A stretch of DNA of 64,000 nt from assembly GCA_951406725.2 (NCBI GenBank), contig OX597814.1, forward strand, positions 198,958,001 to 199,022,000. Direction: 5' to 3'. The notes beneath the pieces were generated by a model. The model was given only the letters and a program-made list of their open reading frames with translations, was not told the origin of the DNA and searched no databases. This document shows positions 39,788-51,640 of this stretch, one piece after another. This DNA comes from Octopus vulgaris. Lineage: Eukaryota. The position numbers and the translations under genes were made by a program. Each line of letters starts with the position of its first letter. Position 1 is the first letter of the stretch.

Positions 39788-40245
39788 TATATGTATTTTC
39801 TCTCCTTGTTTTTCTCCTTGTTTTTTCTGTTTCCTTTTCTGTAGAAGAGCGTAGGCTCGAAACGTAAAAGATTTTTTCTATTCATGAGCGTTATACTAAT
39901 ACATCTGTTTGTTTTCTACACCACCTGTCTTCGTCTTTTGTTTTTTTTCGTAAATTCTTCCTATGTATGTATGTATGTATGTATGTATGTATGTATGTAT
40001 GTATGTATGTATGTATGTATGTGTATGTATAATTGTGTTTGTCTGTGTTTGTACCCCAACATCGCTTGACAACCGATGCTGGTGTCTTTACGTCCCCGTA
40101 ACTTAGCGGTTCGGCAAAAGAGAGCGATAGAAAAAGTACTAGGCTTACAAAGAATGAGTCCTGGGGTCGATGTGCTCGACTAAAGACGGTACTCCAGCAT
40201 GGCCACAGTCAAATGACTGAAACAAGCAAAAGAGAGTAAAAGAGG
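39547..40245 (+). mobile_element. SINE family A with family D (39795-39963) nested in its internal microsatellite
   Basis: SINE head to ~39710, then (TA)n, the D element and (TATG)n; the SINE 3' half resumes at ~40045. Confidence 0.85.
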
Positions 40246-40530
40246 GCATTGTGATGTATCTAACAAAACAATTAACGATAGAACGCTCCAGGTATCCAAT
40301 CTGAAAGTAGTCAACAGAAAACTGGAACACATTCGCTGCAGTAAGCGGCAAAAGAACTATAACATTAAATTATACATCGTTAGCATAACAGGTCTTAGTT
40401 TGACCCCTTTTCTAGAAATATTGTGGAAAATGATGAACCCCCGCTTTAAGCTAACTTATCCTATAGAATCCACAGGAAGATATGATTTACAGTGCCATCT
40501 TAACGACCTGCTTTGAAGCTGTAAAAGGTC

Positions 40531-40572
<42 letters not shown>

Positions 40573-41064
40573 GGTCTTGTTATTGATTATTGAAATAGGT
40601 TCACCCGAGAATAAATGTTGGTGAAATGCTATTTTAACACGGGAATGAGACATTTGGGCGCAGCTGTTTTGGCGCGGCATATTTGGCGTCACTGATTCGA
40701 TGCTGACTTGGCATCAAGCATTTCAATATTTCTCTCAATGTAATTTTTCTTTTGTTTTCTCTGTCTGTCTGTCTCTCTCTCTTTCTCGCTCTCTCTCTTT
40801 CTCTGTCTCTCTCTCTTTCTCTGTCTCTCTCTCTGGGTTTATATCAACAAACGAGCGCGTGAGTGTTTGTTTGTCGCCAGCGCCAAAAAGTCCTGACGCT
40901 AAAACGGTTGATGATGATGTTGATGATAATGATGATGATGATGATATTTAGGAGAATAAAAAGTTGAAGCCCTAAGAAGTGGTAAATTCCATCCATTGCA
41001 TTGCACTATGTATATATCAGAAAGATCATTTGACAATATGAGCTGATGTTCACTTTACGATATT

Positions 41065-41640
41065 GGCTTCAAATTTTGGCACAAGGCCAGCAATTTGGGG
41101 GAAGAGATAAATCGATTGATTCGACCCCAGTTCTCAGTCAGTACTTATATTATCGACCCGGAAAGATGAAAAGCATAGTAGATTCGGCGGAAATTGAGCT
41201 CAAAAACGGACGAAATAACTATTTCTTTACTGCCCACAAGGGGCTACACACAGAGAAGACAAACAAGGACAGACAAAAGGATTAAGTCGATTATTTTGAC
41301 CTCCAGTGTGTAACTGGTACTTATTTAATCGACCCCGAAAGGATGAAAGGCAAAGTCGACCTCGGCGGAATTTGAACTCAGAACGTAGCAGGCAGACGAG
41401 ATACCTCTTTCTTTACTACCCACAAGGGGCTACACACAGAGAGGACAAACGAGGACAGACAAACGGATTAGGTCGATTATTTTGACCTCCAGTGTGTAAC
41501 TGGTACTTATTTAATCGACCCCGAAAGGATGAAAGGCAAAGTCGACCTCGGCGGAATTTGAACTCAGAACGTAGCCGCAGACGAAATACCGCTAAGCATT
41601 TTGCCAGGCGTCCTAACCATTCTGGCAGTTCACCACCTTA
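41065..41640 (-). mobile_element. SINE family B trimer
   Basis: Three ~180-bp units each containing cgaccccgaaaggatgaaaggcaaagtcgacc or a variant; only the last unit has the full head. Confidence 0.9.
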
Positions 41641-42039
41641 TAATATTACTCACTTTACTTATGATATTGTTATCAATCCCCACAGTAAATCATATCCTTC
41701 ATTAAAATATAAACGATAAATATCGATTCTGGACAGTTAATTCGTAACTAATCAATCTAATAAGAATACTTAACATGCATGATTATTAATAATCGCTTTT
41801 CAACCCACCAGGGTCGCTTAAATTTATAATCATTATTATGTATTCACATCAACTACCTTAATGTAATTGCCCAGAAGATATTTAGTAACAATCATATTTC
41901 GGAATTTTAACTCTATTAAAGTTTTGAACGCTTAATTAGTTGAATATTACATTGCCTTAATTATTGTTGTCTACATTTTAATATCTTCCATAAATTGTGA
42001 TGACAAATACACAGACAAACACACAAGCATATATATATT

Positions 42040-42076
<37 letters not shown>

Positions 42077-42079
42077 ATA

Positions 42080-42313
42080 CTTCTTTTACTTCTTTGAGCC
42101 ATTTGACTGCTGCCATGCTGGAGCATCACCTTAATTTGTTTTAGACCAACAAATCAACCCAGGACTTATTCTATGCAAGCCCAGTACTTAATCTATCGTG
42201 ATATTTTGACGAACCACTAAGTTATGGGGATGTAGTTACACCAACATTGCTTGCCAAGTGGTGGTGGGGCACAAACACAGACAAAAACACACAAATATAT
42301 GCATATATATATA

Positions 42314-42383
<70 letters not shown>

Positions 42384-42715
42384 TTACAGATAAACAGAAG
42401 ACGAAGGCATGTGTATAAACAACAAGCAGGTGTGTTAGTTTGACGTTCGGTATGATGAGAGTCTTTTACATTTTGAGCCTACGCTCTTCAACAGAAAGGA
42501 TCACGAAGAAATAAACAGAAAGAGAATAAAAGAAAAAAACTTGTGGATTTAGCAGTCAAGGGATTCTTTCAGTCTCTACCAATCAAACCCACTCACAAGG
42601 CTTTGGTCGACTCGAGACCATAGCAGAACACACCTCCCCAAGACGCTATGCAGTAGGACTGAACACGGACCCATGTAGTTAGGAAGCATACTTCTTATCA
42701 CACAGCCACGCCACC
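42080..42715 (-). mobile_element. SINE family A with nested family D (42378-42555)
   Basis: Reverse SINE halves separated by (TA)n and gagcctacgctcttcaacag. Confidence 0.8.
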
Positions 42716-43145
42716 GCCTTTTTGTCAGTTTAAACTACAATCCTGTTTCAGTCTTGTTTTTTTTTTTTTTAAGTGATTTTAATTCAACGAATGCTCCTAA
42801 ATAAAGATCTTCTGATATAACTGTTTTGCAACTCTACTCCGACAATAATATAAGGCTATATAGAACTGTGTTTGACTCTGGTGAATATAGAAAATAATAG
42901 CTGATCTAGGTGTATACACACTATTTGTCAACAAGCGAGATATGTCAGTAGCTTGTTCCCCATTTTGAACATACATCAAGCATATTCCAACTGATAATAA
43001 CATTGCAGTTCCACTTATCACAGCTTCCGTAATTTGCTTACGGTGAGCCGCCGTGTAGCGCTACCAGTCATGTTACGGAGGACTGGAGACACATAAGAGA
43101 AGTAATCTCTTAATTCAGTTCGCAATGTTGTCTGCTTAAAATTTG

Positions 43146-43187
43146 TGACCGATGAGGAGACAACTACTCCGAAATGCTAGCATCTCA
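43146..43187 (+). ncRNA. Type-I hammerhead ribozyme motif in a ~312-bp tandem duplication
   Basis: tga-CCGATGA-ggag(acaacta)ctcc-GAAA-tgctagca-TC-tca; stem III is the palindrome ATGCTAGCAT; core has C in place of U4. Confidence 0.7.
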
Positions 43188-43678
43188 GAGTCTAGGTTGG
43201 TGGAGCTGCGAGCTGATTTAGGTGTATACACACGTCTTGGTCAAGAAGAGAGATATATTCTCCGTGACTAAATTTCCCAATTCGAACGTGCATCAAGCAT
43301 ATTCGAATTGATAACATCGCTATAGAGAATGATATTAACTGAGTATATTGAAAAGAAAAAAAACACACACACATTCGTTTAATCTACTGTACGTTGTTTG
43401 TTTGGCTATCTCAAACTATTTTGTAGCGAAGAACGACTGACAGACATAATACATTCATACATAAACACCGTTCTAGATCTATTGGCAAAAGAATGAATTA
43501 CTCTAATGTTAAACTAACAAAAGAGAGTAACTCAATCTTAACAGATAGGATTAAGTCAGTTAAATATAAAACTAGAGTTGTTACTTTATTTATTTTGCTC
43601 GAATGATATAGAAGAAATTAAACTACGTTTAATGTAACCGGTAATTTAATGAAGAATCCACAACAAATTACATCTTAC

Positions 43679-43809
43679 TTCTGAACGCTTCCAAACGCGT
43701 AACGATTCTTCCATTCAATTCGGGAATGATTGAGAGAAAAAGTAAACATATTAGAATACTGATTGCCGTTTCCACTGTTTACTGAAGACTGGGAGTAAAC
43801 GGCTTCCAT
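43679..43809 (-). CDS. Candidate first coding exon of an unidentified host gene (exon 43679-43827)
   Basis: Acceptor tttcag, Kozak gccacaATGG, open frame MEAVYSQSSVNSGNGNQYSNMFTFSLNHSRIEWKNRYAFGSVQ, donor aa/gtaaga, in non-repetitive sequence. No protein family recognised. Confidence 0.45.
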
Positions 43810-44282
43810 TGTGGCGCTTAATTTCGACTGAAATTGTTGTTTTAAATCAGATTCAATGATCGATTGTAGCCATAGGAGGAAAGTTATCGAGTGAAAGATG
43901 TGCGAGATTTCTCTTATGATTGGTTTGGAGGGAGAGAATTGCAATTAGAAGAAAAGCAATAAAAATGTATTCTAAACAATCAATTAGATTGCAAATATAG
44001 AAAATAAAAACAAAAACAAAAAGAAAAACAAACGTTTATTTTTTCACTTAAGTAGTTATTGAGGTACAGATCGATAAAATATCTCGGAAGCTAAGAATAG
44101 ACTTTGCAACTTCAACCAGAGATCGAATTAAAAAAAGCACTTTATGGAGCAAATTTTGCATAAAACCACTCAGTGGATACCTGTACATAGAATAGAATTA
44201 ATAGCATCTGTTAGATACTAGGCCATTAAGTTGCATTGCATATCGAAATAAATGCATACACACATTTATATATGCACACACA

Positions 44283-44335
<53 letters not shown>

Positions 44336-44339
44336 TATA

Positions 44340-44382
<43 letters not shown>

Positions 44383-44411
44383 ATATATATATAATATATA
44401 ATATATATATA

Positions 44412-44459
<48 letters not shown>

Positions 44460-45320
44460 GAAATATGTATGTGTATGCATATGTAATATGCATTTATAAT
44501 ATGCATGTTTATACACATACACTTGCCCACGCACATACATGGACACACGGACACACACATTTATATGACTAGTTTTATGGAAGTAGAAGTGCAGATAAAT
44601 GCAGGTAGCTTTGAAATATAGATTTGCATAGACTACAAACTGCATATTACTCAATAATGAAAAAAGAAAACAAAACAGAACAGTCGAGAATTATGTAAAT
44701 TTTTACCCCGACAGCTGTTTCAAGACAGCCATAACTTACGAAGCAACCACATTCATACGCTGTATGCGTTTGATGCCATAAATATGCGTTATGTAACAAA
44801 TCCCGATGAAAGTGCCAAAGGAAGTTATGGCTTTGTCTATAGCATCTTGTATTTATTACTTTTGAATATGGTTATTATGTAATTCAAGGCTATCTTAAAT
44901 CATTCCTCTCTTCTGTATTGTTTCCTTGTATTATTTTGCTATATGTATTTTGTACTTCGTGCAAATATACGCCTTATGCCTACCTGCTTTCATCTGCTTT
45001 TCTGCCTCTTATTTTCTCCTTCTCCTCACACGCACACACAACGCAAATATCTATATATAAAGAGAGAGCGAGAGAGGTGAGGCAGTCAACAGATGTGATC
45101 GTGAGAATCTCAATATAAAATGCACTTAGTAGCGCTCAAATTATTTGAACTTACACTTCAATATCTTTACTAAGGACCAAGTCAGCAGCGCTAAAAATAT
45201 TTTTTCTAGAAAAGAGTATTTATGTTTATGCTTCACTGTTTATCATCTGAAAAGTTCGAGTCTGCTTTCTCTTTTTCTATGCATACATGTATATATGTTT
45301 CGTACATTAAAACCTAAGAT

Positions 45321-45363
<43 letters not shown>

Positions 45364-45410
45364 TTAATAAATGAAAGACAGAAGATGGAATATACGAGAA
45401 TATATTACTA

Positions 45411-45518
45411 ATCACAACAATTGTTTCGACACATCTAGCATCGACTCGTCTTGTGGGACACAAAAAAAATAACTGGTTCAGGAGTATCCGGTGGTACAGA
45501 CGTATCTTGTCGGGTGAT
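45411..45518 (-). ncRNA. Degenerate hammerhead motif with long stem II (Penelope pLTR-type)
   Basis: Minus strand: atcac-CCGACAA-gatacgtctg...tagatgtgtc-GAAAC-aatt-GTT-gtgat; perfect 5-bp stem I, 10-bp stem II with G-U pairs, core mutated at G8. Confidence 0.55.
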
Positions 45519-45690
45519 AAATAAAAAAAAAAATCTTGTTAAAATGACTGTCATAATGCAACTTTCCAGTTTGTAGAGAGTAAAAACAGCGAGACGGAGA
45601 AAAATTCTTCATATATATATAGAAGATCCAAAAATAAATTGCAGAAAACAAAAAGAGAAACGAGCACTTAATCCAGCGAGAAAAATATTA

Positions 45691-46082
45691 TCTTTATATA
45701 TAAAAGAGATGTTGTGTGTCTGTCTCCTACGATTTAGATTCCTAACTACTCCCACATTTTGCGGTGCAGTTTAACCAAAACCGAGTATCTTATAGTCGTG
45801 ATTCATATCGAGCCCTTCTGGGTATTAGCGCGCGTCTACGATGAGTCTACGATTAAAAAAAAAATTACCATCAATTTTTCCCATTTTTAATGCATTTTTG
45901 GCATATATAAGGGAAGTAACTCTCTAAAAATTTATTATTAAATCTCAGAACGTAAAAAGCTACAGTAACAACCCCCCTTTGTGGTTAGCCATATTGAGAT
46001 GGCTATTATACTTTACATCTCTAAAAATGTTTATATAGTTATTTCCCTTACAAACCCGAGCAACGCCGGTCGATACTGCTAG
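45691..46082 (+). mobile_element. Non-autonomous Helitron
   Basis: 5' TC (a/tctttatatataaaag), 3' hairpin cccgagcaacgccggt followed by CTAG/t; inserted between A and T. Confidence 0.85.
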
Positions 46083-46108
46083 TATATGATAGTATATGAT
46101 AAAATATG

Positions 46109-46271
46109 ATTATAATTAAGGACGCTATACACTAGAAGTAGATGTCAAATACCTACAATTCACTCTAAATTAGTTCTCGAGTTATAGAGAACAAGTTTAG
46201 AGTGGATTGTAGGTATTTGACACCTACATCTAGCGTATAGGCGCTGGCATTACAGAGCCCTTAATTATAAT
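46109..46271. repeat. Imperfect palindrome
   Basis: tgtcaaatacctacaattcactctaaa / tttagagtggattgtaggtatttgaca, with outer attataattaagg / ccttaattataat. Confidence 0.9.
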
Positions 46272-46316
46272 TGTTTTTTTTATAGTAAAATACATAAAAA
46301 TTAATTTCACCGATAT

Positions 46317-46705
46317 ACTCTTTACTCTTTTACTTGTTTCAGTCATGTGACTGTGGCCATGCTGGAGCACCGCCTTTAGCCGAGCAAATCGGACCCCGGG
46401 ACTTATTCTTTGTAAGCCTAGTACTTATTCTATCGGTATTTTTTGCCGAATCGATAAGTTACGGGGACGTAAACACACCAGCATCGGTTGTCAAGCGATG
46501 TTGGGTGGGGGGCAAACACAGACACACATACATATACACGACGGGATTTTTTCAGTTTTCTTCTACCAAATCCACTCACAAGGTTTTGGTCGGCCCGAGG
46601 CTATAGTAGATGACACCTGCTCAAGGTGCCGCGCAGTGGGACTGAACCCGGAACCATTTGGCTGGTAAGCAAGCTACTTACCACACAGCCACTCTTACGC
46701 CTATA
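46317..46705 (-). mobile_element. SINE family A
   Basis: Full-length reverse copy. Confidence 0.9.
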
Positions 46706-46761
46706 TGGCCAATTTTTATACGCTAACCACTGATGTCATCATTTAAATGATTATATCTTCA

Positions 46762-46794
<33 letters not shown>

Positions 46795-46797
<3 letters not shown>

Positions 46798-46867
46798 TTA
46801 TTTATTTATTTATTTATTTTATCTAGTTTCAGCTCACGAGCTGTGGCCATGCTGGGGCACCGCCATA
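46795..46867 (-). mobile_element. Ultra-short 3' stub of the 35.1-kb LINE family
   Basis: atctagtttcagctcacgagctgtggccatgctggggcaccgccat, nearly identical to 35106-35151. Confidence 0.85.
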
Positions 46868-47055
46868 TAAAATGTAATCGACGAGGATGAGATATATATT
46901 ATGTTTTGTATGTTTGTATGTATATGCATGTGTTTTTCAGCTGCTTACTTAGAACCTAACAGATAGTTAATTATAGCAATTATGCAGCGTATCTATTAGT
47001 TTAGATTACCAGTGAACTAAACCTCTCATATTCTTTATGGCTGTATGTATGCATG

Positions 47056-47095
<40 letters not shown>

Positions 47096-47171
47096 CTCAA
47101 AATTAGTCTAGGGTGGGAAAAATTATAGAAATTTTCCTACCAGTGACCTAGCATGTATACAAAGTCAATAG

Positions 47172-47458
47172 ATATATTTTTCATATAAAATTAGTGTACA
47201 TTTCAACACAAAAAGAGGTGAAACCTTAACAGGTCGCGTTACGTGCTAGAAGGAATAGTCAAAAGTCCAAACCACAGTTCAAAGCAATTTCGGGGGGAAT
47301 GAAAAATAAAAACATTTACCTATTTTTCATTCACTTCGAAATTGCTCTGAACTGTGGTTTGGACTTTTGACTATTCCTTCTAGCATGTAAGGTGACGTGT
47401 TAAAGGTTTCACCTCCTTTTGTTTTTAAATGTTCACTAATATTATATGAAATATATAT
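47172..47458. repeat. Imperfect palindrome between (TA)n tracts
   Basis: tgctagaaggaatagtcaaaagtccaaaccacagttca / tgaactgtggtttggacttttgactattccttctagca. Confidence 0.92.
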
Positions 47459-47478
47459 ATATATATATGATATATATG

Positions 47479-47528
<50 letters not shown>

Positions 47529-48574
47529 CATATATAAGTAACAGTATACATTTGTATATATCAAATATCATCTGCGTAATACGCCTTGTAGCGTGCTCTC
47601 CAAACCTCCTTTACGGGCATCGGTTACCCTCTTACTGGGTATGCATGTGGAAAGCCTTTAATATCCACAGAATTCATAAAAAGTGTTTTAATTCTATAGG
47701 ATGGAATGAACAGACTTTAATCCAAATCATTTCAATTATTTCTGTGTTTTAGTATCACAGACGTCATTTCATGAACACGATCCAAAAATAGCAGTGCTCT
47801 CGAACCAACTCACCTAAAGACGTGCGGGCACACAACTATTGTTGGACTATATTAAGGCAATAATATGTAATATGTAAAACATTCAGCAATTATCAGCTGA
47901 TAGGATTGTAGTGATTTGGATTAAAACCTGTTCATTACATCTTATATTTTGCATTTGTTTGCGCGCGCGCATATATATGTGTATGTATATACAACTATGC
48001 AATTATATGCATGCATATATGTATACATTTATAACATGGCTTTGGTAGCACAAAGAGAATAAATAGAGCTTTATTCATGTGAATATATGTATAGTGAACT
48101 TTAAGATCGAAAAGTTACAACGTGACTAAATACCGCAAGTTTCGTGTACGGTACTTACGCACGATAATCTCGACACTTGAGCCACCTTGCCAATTGAAAC
48201 CGAAAACTACTTTGTCAAACGTAAAGCTTATCGCCACTTAAACGTAGGGGGTCTTTAAGAACAGGTTATACTGTTATTTTAACCCGGAGGACTCTCCAGC
48301 TGGCTATTCAATGCGCTTTGCACTCGATACATATTGCAAGTGGGGAGAGAACTCCCTACTATCCTAGCTTGGAGACCACCACATCACGTGATTTCGATCT
48401 TATTAGATCAGCTTTAGTAATAGATATTCGTCTGCTAGACATAGCAGTAGTCTAACTCAGCTCGTTTTATAGAGAATAAACAGCGTCACACAGTCAGTGG
48501 TTTTGCAACTGGCAAACTAGATAGTCGATTAAGATATATATATACATATATATATATATGTGTGTGTGTATTTG

Positions 48575-48850
48575 TTCCTTCTCGTGTCATGCCTGGCTCA
48601 TAAGGCTGGTTTTCCGGTTTCCTTGACGTATAGGTTCCCCCCCCCTGGACGAGATGCCGGTCCGTCGCAGTTGAGCTGCAAGATTCAGGAGGAAAGGGTG
48701 AGAGAAATTTTGTGGCGAAAGAGTCAGCAGAAGTTCGCCATTACCTTCTGCGGGAGCGTTTCGCTCATAAACACACACATCGCCCGGGCTGAGATTCAAA
48801 CCCGCGATCCCTCGATCGCGAGTCGCTGCTCTAACCACTAGGCCATGTGT
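48575..48850 (-). mobile_element. SINE family C, tail variant 5
   Basis: Minus-strand head catggcctagtggttagagcagcgactcgcgatcgagggatcgcgggtttgaatctc. Confidence 0.8.
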
Positions 48851-49238
48851 CTCGACGCGTGTGTATATAGATATATACATATATACTTATGCGTGCGTGT
48901 ATGTATGAATGTGTTTGCGTTGGGTATGTGTAATCAGTGAGAGAAAGAGAAGAATGAACGTGTAAATCAGTAATATGTGAGAGAAAGAGTAGAGTGAATG
49001 TATAGATAAATTCTTATATACCTTCGAGTCTGCGCAATGATTATATTTCGTTTTCTCATAATACTCGAGCAGTTTTACAGAAAGTAGAATGTTCAAGATA
49101 GTGCTTGTTCTAAGCCCAGCTGTTCTAGAAATAATTTTTGAAAATGCAAGACTACGAATAGAGACGTTAAGCGAAAATAGTTTGTGACATTTTGAATTAC
49201 ACCAGTTTAATTTGAGCAACCATCCAATTATTTTCACT

Positions 49239-49239
49239 G

Positions 49240-49298
<59 letters not shown>
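49239..49298. repeat. (AAT)n microsatellite
   Basis: Perfect run. Confidence 0.95.
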
Positions 49299-49299
<1 letters not shown>

Positions 49300-49411
49300 G
49301 TGGTTTCAAATTTAGGTACAAAGCCAGAAAGTTCGGGACAGGGTTTAAGTTCATTATATCAAAGTCAATGTCAGCCTTTACGACATTTGAACTCAGGACG
49401 TAAAGACGGAC

Positions 49412-49615
49412 AAAAATGTAACGATTCTTTGGGACTTTCCAGTATGTACTGATCGGACCAATATGTACTGATCAGAACAATAAAGTATGTTTATTGATTG
49501 ACATGAGCATACTCTATGACCATAATATCTCGGCAAAAGAATTTGATAAGCTCAGAAAATATGAAGATTTGCTAATCGAAATCGAAAAGATGTGGCATCT
49601 CAAGACGGTAACTGT
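49412..49615 (+). mobile_element. R4/Dong-type RLE-domain fragment
   Basis: KNVTILWDFPVCTDRT / DQNNKVCLLIDMSILYDHNISAKEFDKLRKYEDLLIEIEKMWHLKTVTV. Confidence 0.85.
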
Positions 49616-50796
49616 ACTTATGAGAAAACTCATTAGCGCTAATGAATGTTTCTCTTAAAAGGAGATAGTACGTGAAATCCCTTAATATAAATTTAAATAA
49701 ATATTAACGTGATAAATGCAAAAATGAATGAGCCTGAGCTGTAATCGCTGTCATGACATCTCCAGCCCTTGCAATGATCAAAATAGGAACTGAAAATTAT
49801 TCTAAGAACGATCCCTGGCTTACCATCAATACAAGACTTTCAAAAGATTGTCTTACCTGGTACGTCACACGTATTGAGAAGAGCATTGTCGCTGTGAATT
49901 TTCTTTCCTCTTTTCCCCCTTTATTTTCTTGGTTTACGGTTTTATCTTTTATTTTTTTTCTCTGTCTATCTTTCCCTTTTTCTCTATCACATGACTTTGT
50001 ATATGGGCAATTTGGTGTGTTTATTTTAATGGCCTACCAATGTATACAGTGAGTTTCTCTGCACCAGGTGTCATGAAGACACTCGGCAAGAAATAGAATT
50101 GAAAGATGATAATGAATATAATAATAATGATAATAATTATGGAAGTGTTAACTCCTGTATGGGGTTTAACTTAGCGCTTCTCTAGATGTCGCAGAAGCTG
50201 TAACTATTTAAAGCTTTCGGTAGTTTATTGGCGGAGGCGTTAGATCGTCGAACAAAAGGTGTAGCCGTATTTGTTCCGAGTCTCTTCTTTTAAGGTTTAT
50301 AAAATATACCAGTCCAATTGAGGGGAATATGAAGGAAATTGGAATAGAGTGTCCAATAGAACTGACAAAAGATTTGCCTCCTTGGCATGGCCAGAACAAT
50401 CAGGAAAGTATTAGGTAGATGAAAAGTATTGATACCATAGTACTGTAGGCTTCAAGTATCAAGCTCGCTACGAATGTAGGACTCCAGGAGCTCCAACAAA
50501 ACCTGTGAAAAAGAGAAATAATATATAGATAGATAGATAAGTAAGTCATTAAATAAATAAAAGACACTATGTATTTGTTGCTCTGATATCTTGATAGCCG
50601 TGAGTCAACTTTGTTTCGCCGAGAAGACCAGAATATGTCTGGAGATGTCACGATAGCGATTACAGCTCGGGCTTATTGATCTTTGCATATATCACTTTAA
50701 TATTTATTTAAATTTAAATTAAGGGATTTCACCTACTATCTCCTTTTGAGAGAAACATTCATTAGCGCTAATGAGTTTTCTCATCATTACAGTTAC
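49608..50796. repeat. ~158-bp inverted repeats bracketing ~870 bp
   Basis: 49608-49765 matches the reverse complement of 50639-50796 (atgagaaaactcattagcgctaatgaatgtttctc). Confidence 0.9.
50320..50520 (+). mobile_element. R4/Dong-type C-terminus and 3' UTR
   Basis: KEIGIECPIEL / ICLLGMARTIRKVLGR*. Confidence 0.75.
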
Positions 50797-51640
50797 AATT
50801 ACATTAGAATTGATTAAGTATTATTTTCAGCTCTCCATCTAAAATGTTGTTGCCTGCAAGTAATTATACATTCTTCCTACTGTAGTAACCCTTGGGAAAT
50901 TTTCACCTGAAAAGAATGCGTTCGAAATGCCATTGGCATCGATAAGTTATACAAATTTTGAGTCGTTGGGATTGGTGAATAACGATAATAATTAATTTAA
51001 CATTCTGTAGAGTATGAATAGTGCAAAGCTGTGTCGTGAATTACTATAGGGTTATTAAGGAAGTGTTAAGTTCTCTATGGGGTTTAAATTAGCACTTCTC
51101 GAGATGTCGCAGAAGCTGCAACTATAAAAATCTTTTGGCAGTTTATTGGCGGAGGCGTTAGAGCGTCGGACAAAAGGCGTGGCTGTATTTGTTCCGAGTT
51201 TCTGCTCTCTATGTCTCTTCTGTTGAGGTCTATAGAATATACCAATCAAAGGCGGTAGATTAGGGGACGTGTAAACATGTCGAATCCGGATGCCCTGCGG
51301 TAATTGATCCAGCTGTCTGCGTTCTCAGTTCAAATGCTGCCATGACTAACTTGGATATTACATTTATAACAAGTCACCCAGTTTACCACGACCATCACCA
51401 CCTATCACCTTGGGTGCTTTTAGTGGAATCCATTCTAGTGCAAGTATTCGGGTTAGGTTATCGCTATGAAGATATCTTCCCCCTCTCTCTTCCGACTAGT
51501 GTCGATCTCCCTGCAACGGATCACGGGTACTGATGTCGAACCAGACTGAATGATTAGATGTTGCCACGGATATTGTTCTTAATGCAGTACATGTGTGTGT
51601 TCGTGCTTGCGAGCGTCTGTGTGTGTGTATACTGGTTATT

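Noticed and set aside
40635-40910. ttttggcgc / gcgccaaaa inverted motifs suggesting a MITE
   Set aside because: Termini and TSD could not be defined.
41065-41640. CRISPR-like regularly spaced repeats
   Set aside because: Whole ~180-bp units repeat with no unique spacers or cas genes; eukaryotic SINE multimer.
45155-45190. 36-nt minus-strand micro-exon (tttttag ... gtaagt)
   Set aside because: Such signals occur often by chance in AT-rich DNA; there is a stop in the phase needed to join the neighbouring candidates.
50310-50503. Minus-strand exon with strong acceptor ttctctttttcacag
   Set aside because: All three frames hit stops; the plus strand encodes an R4 C-terminus that explains the segment.
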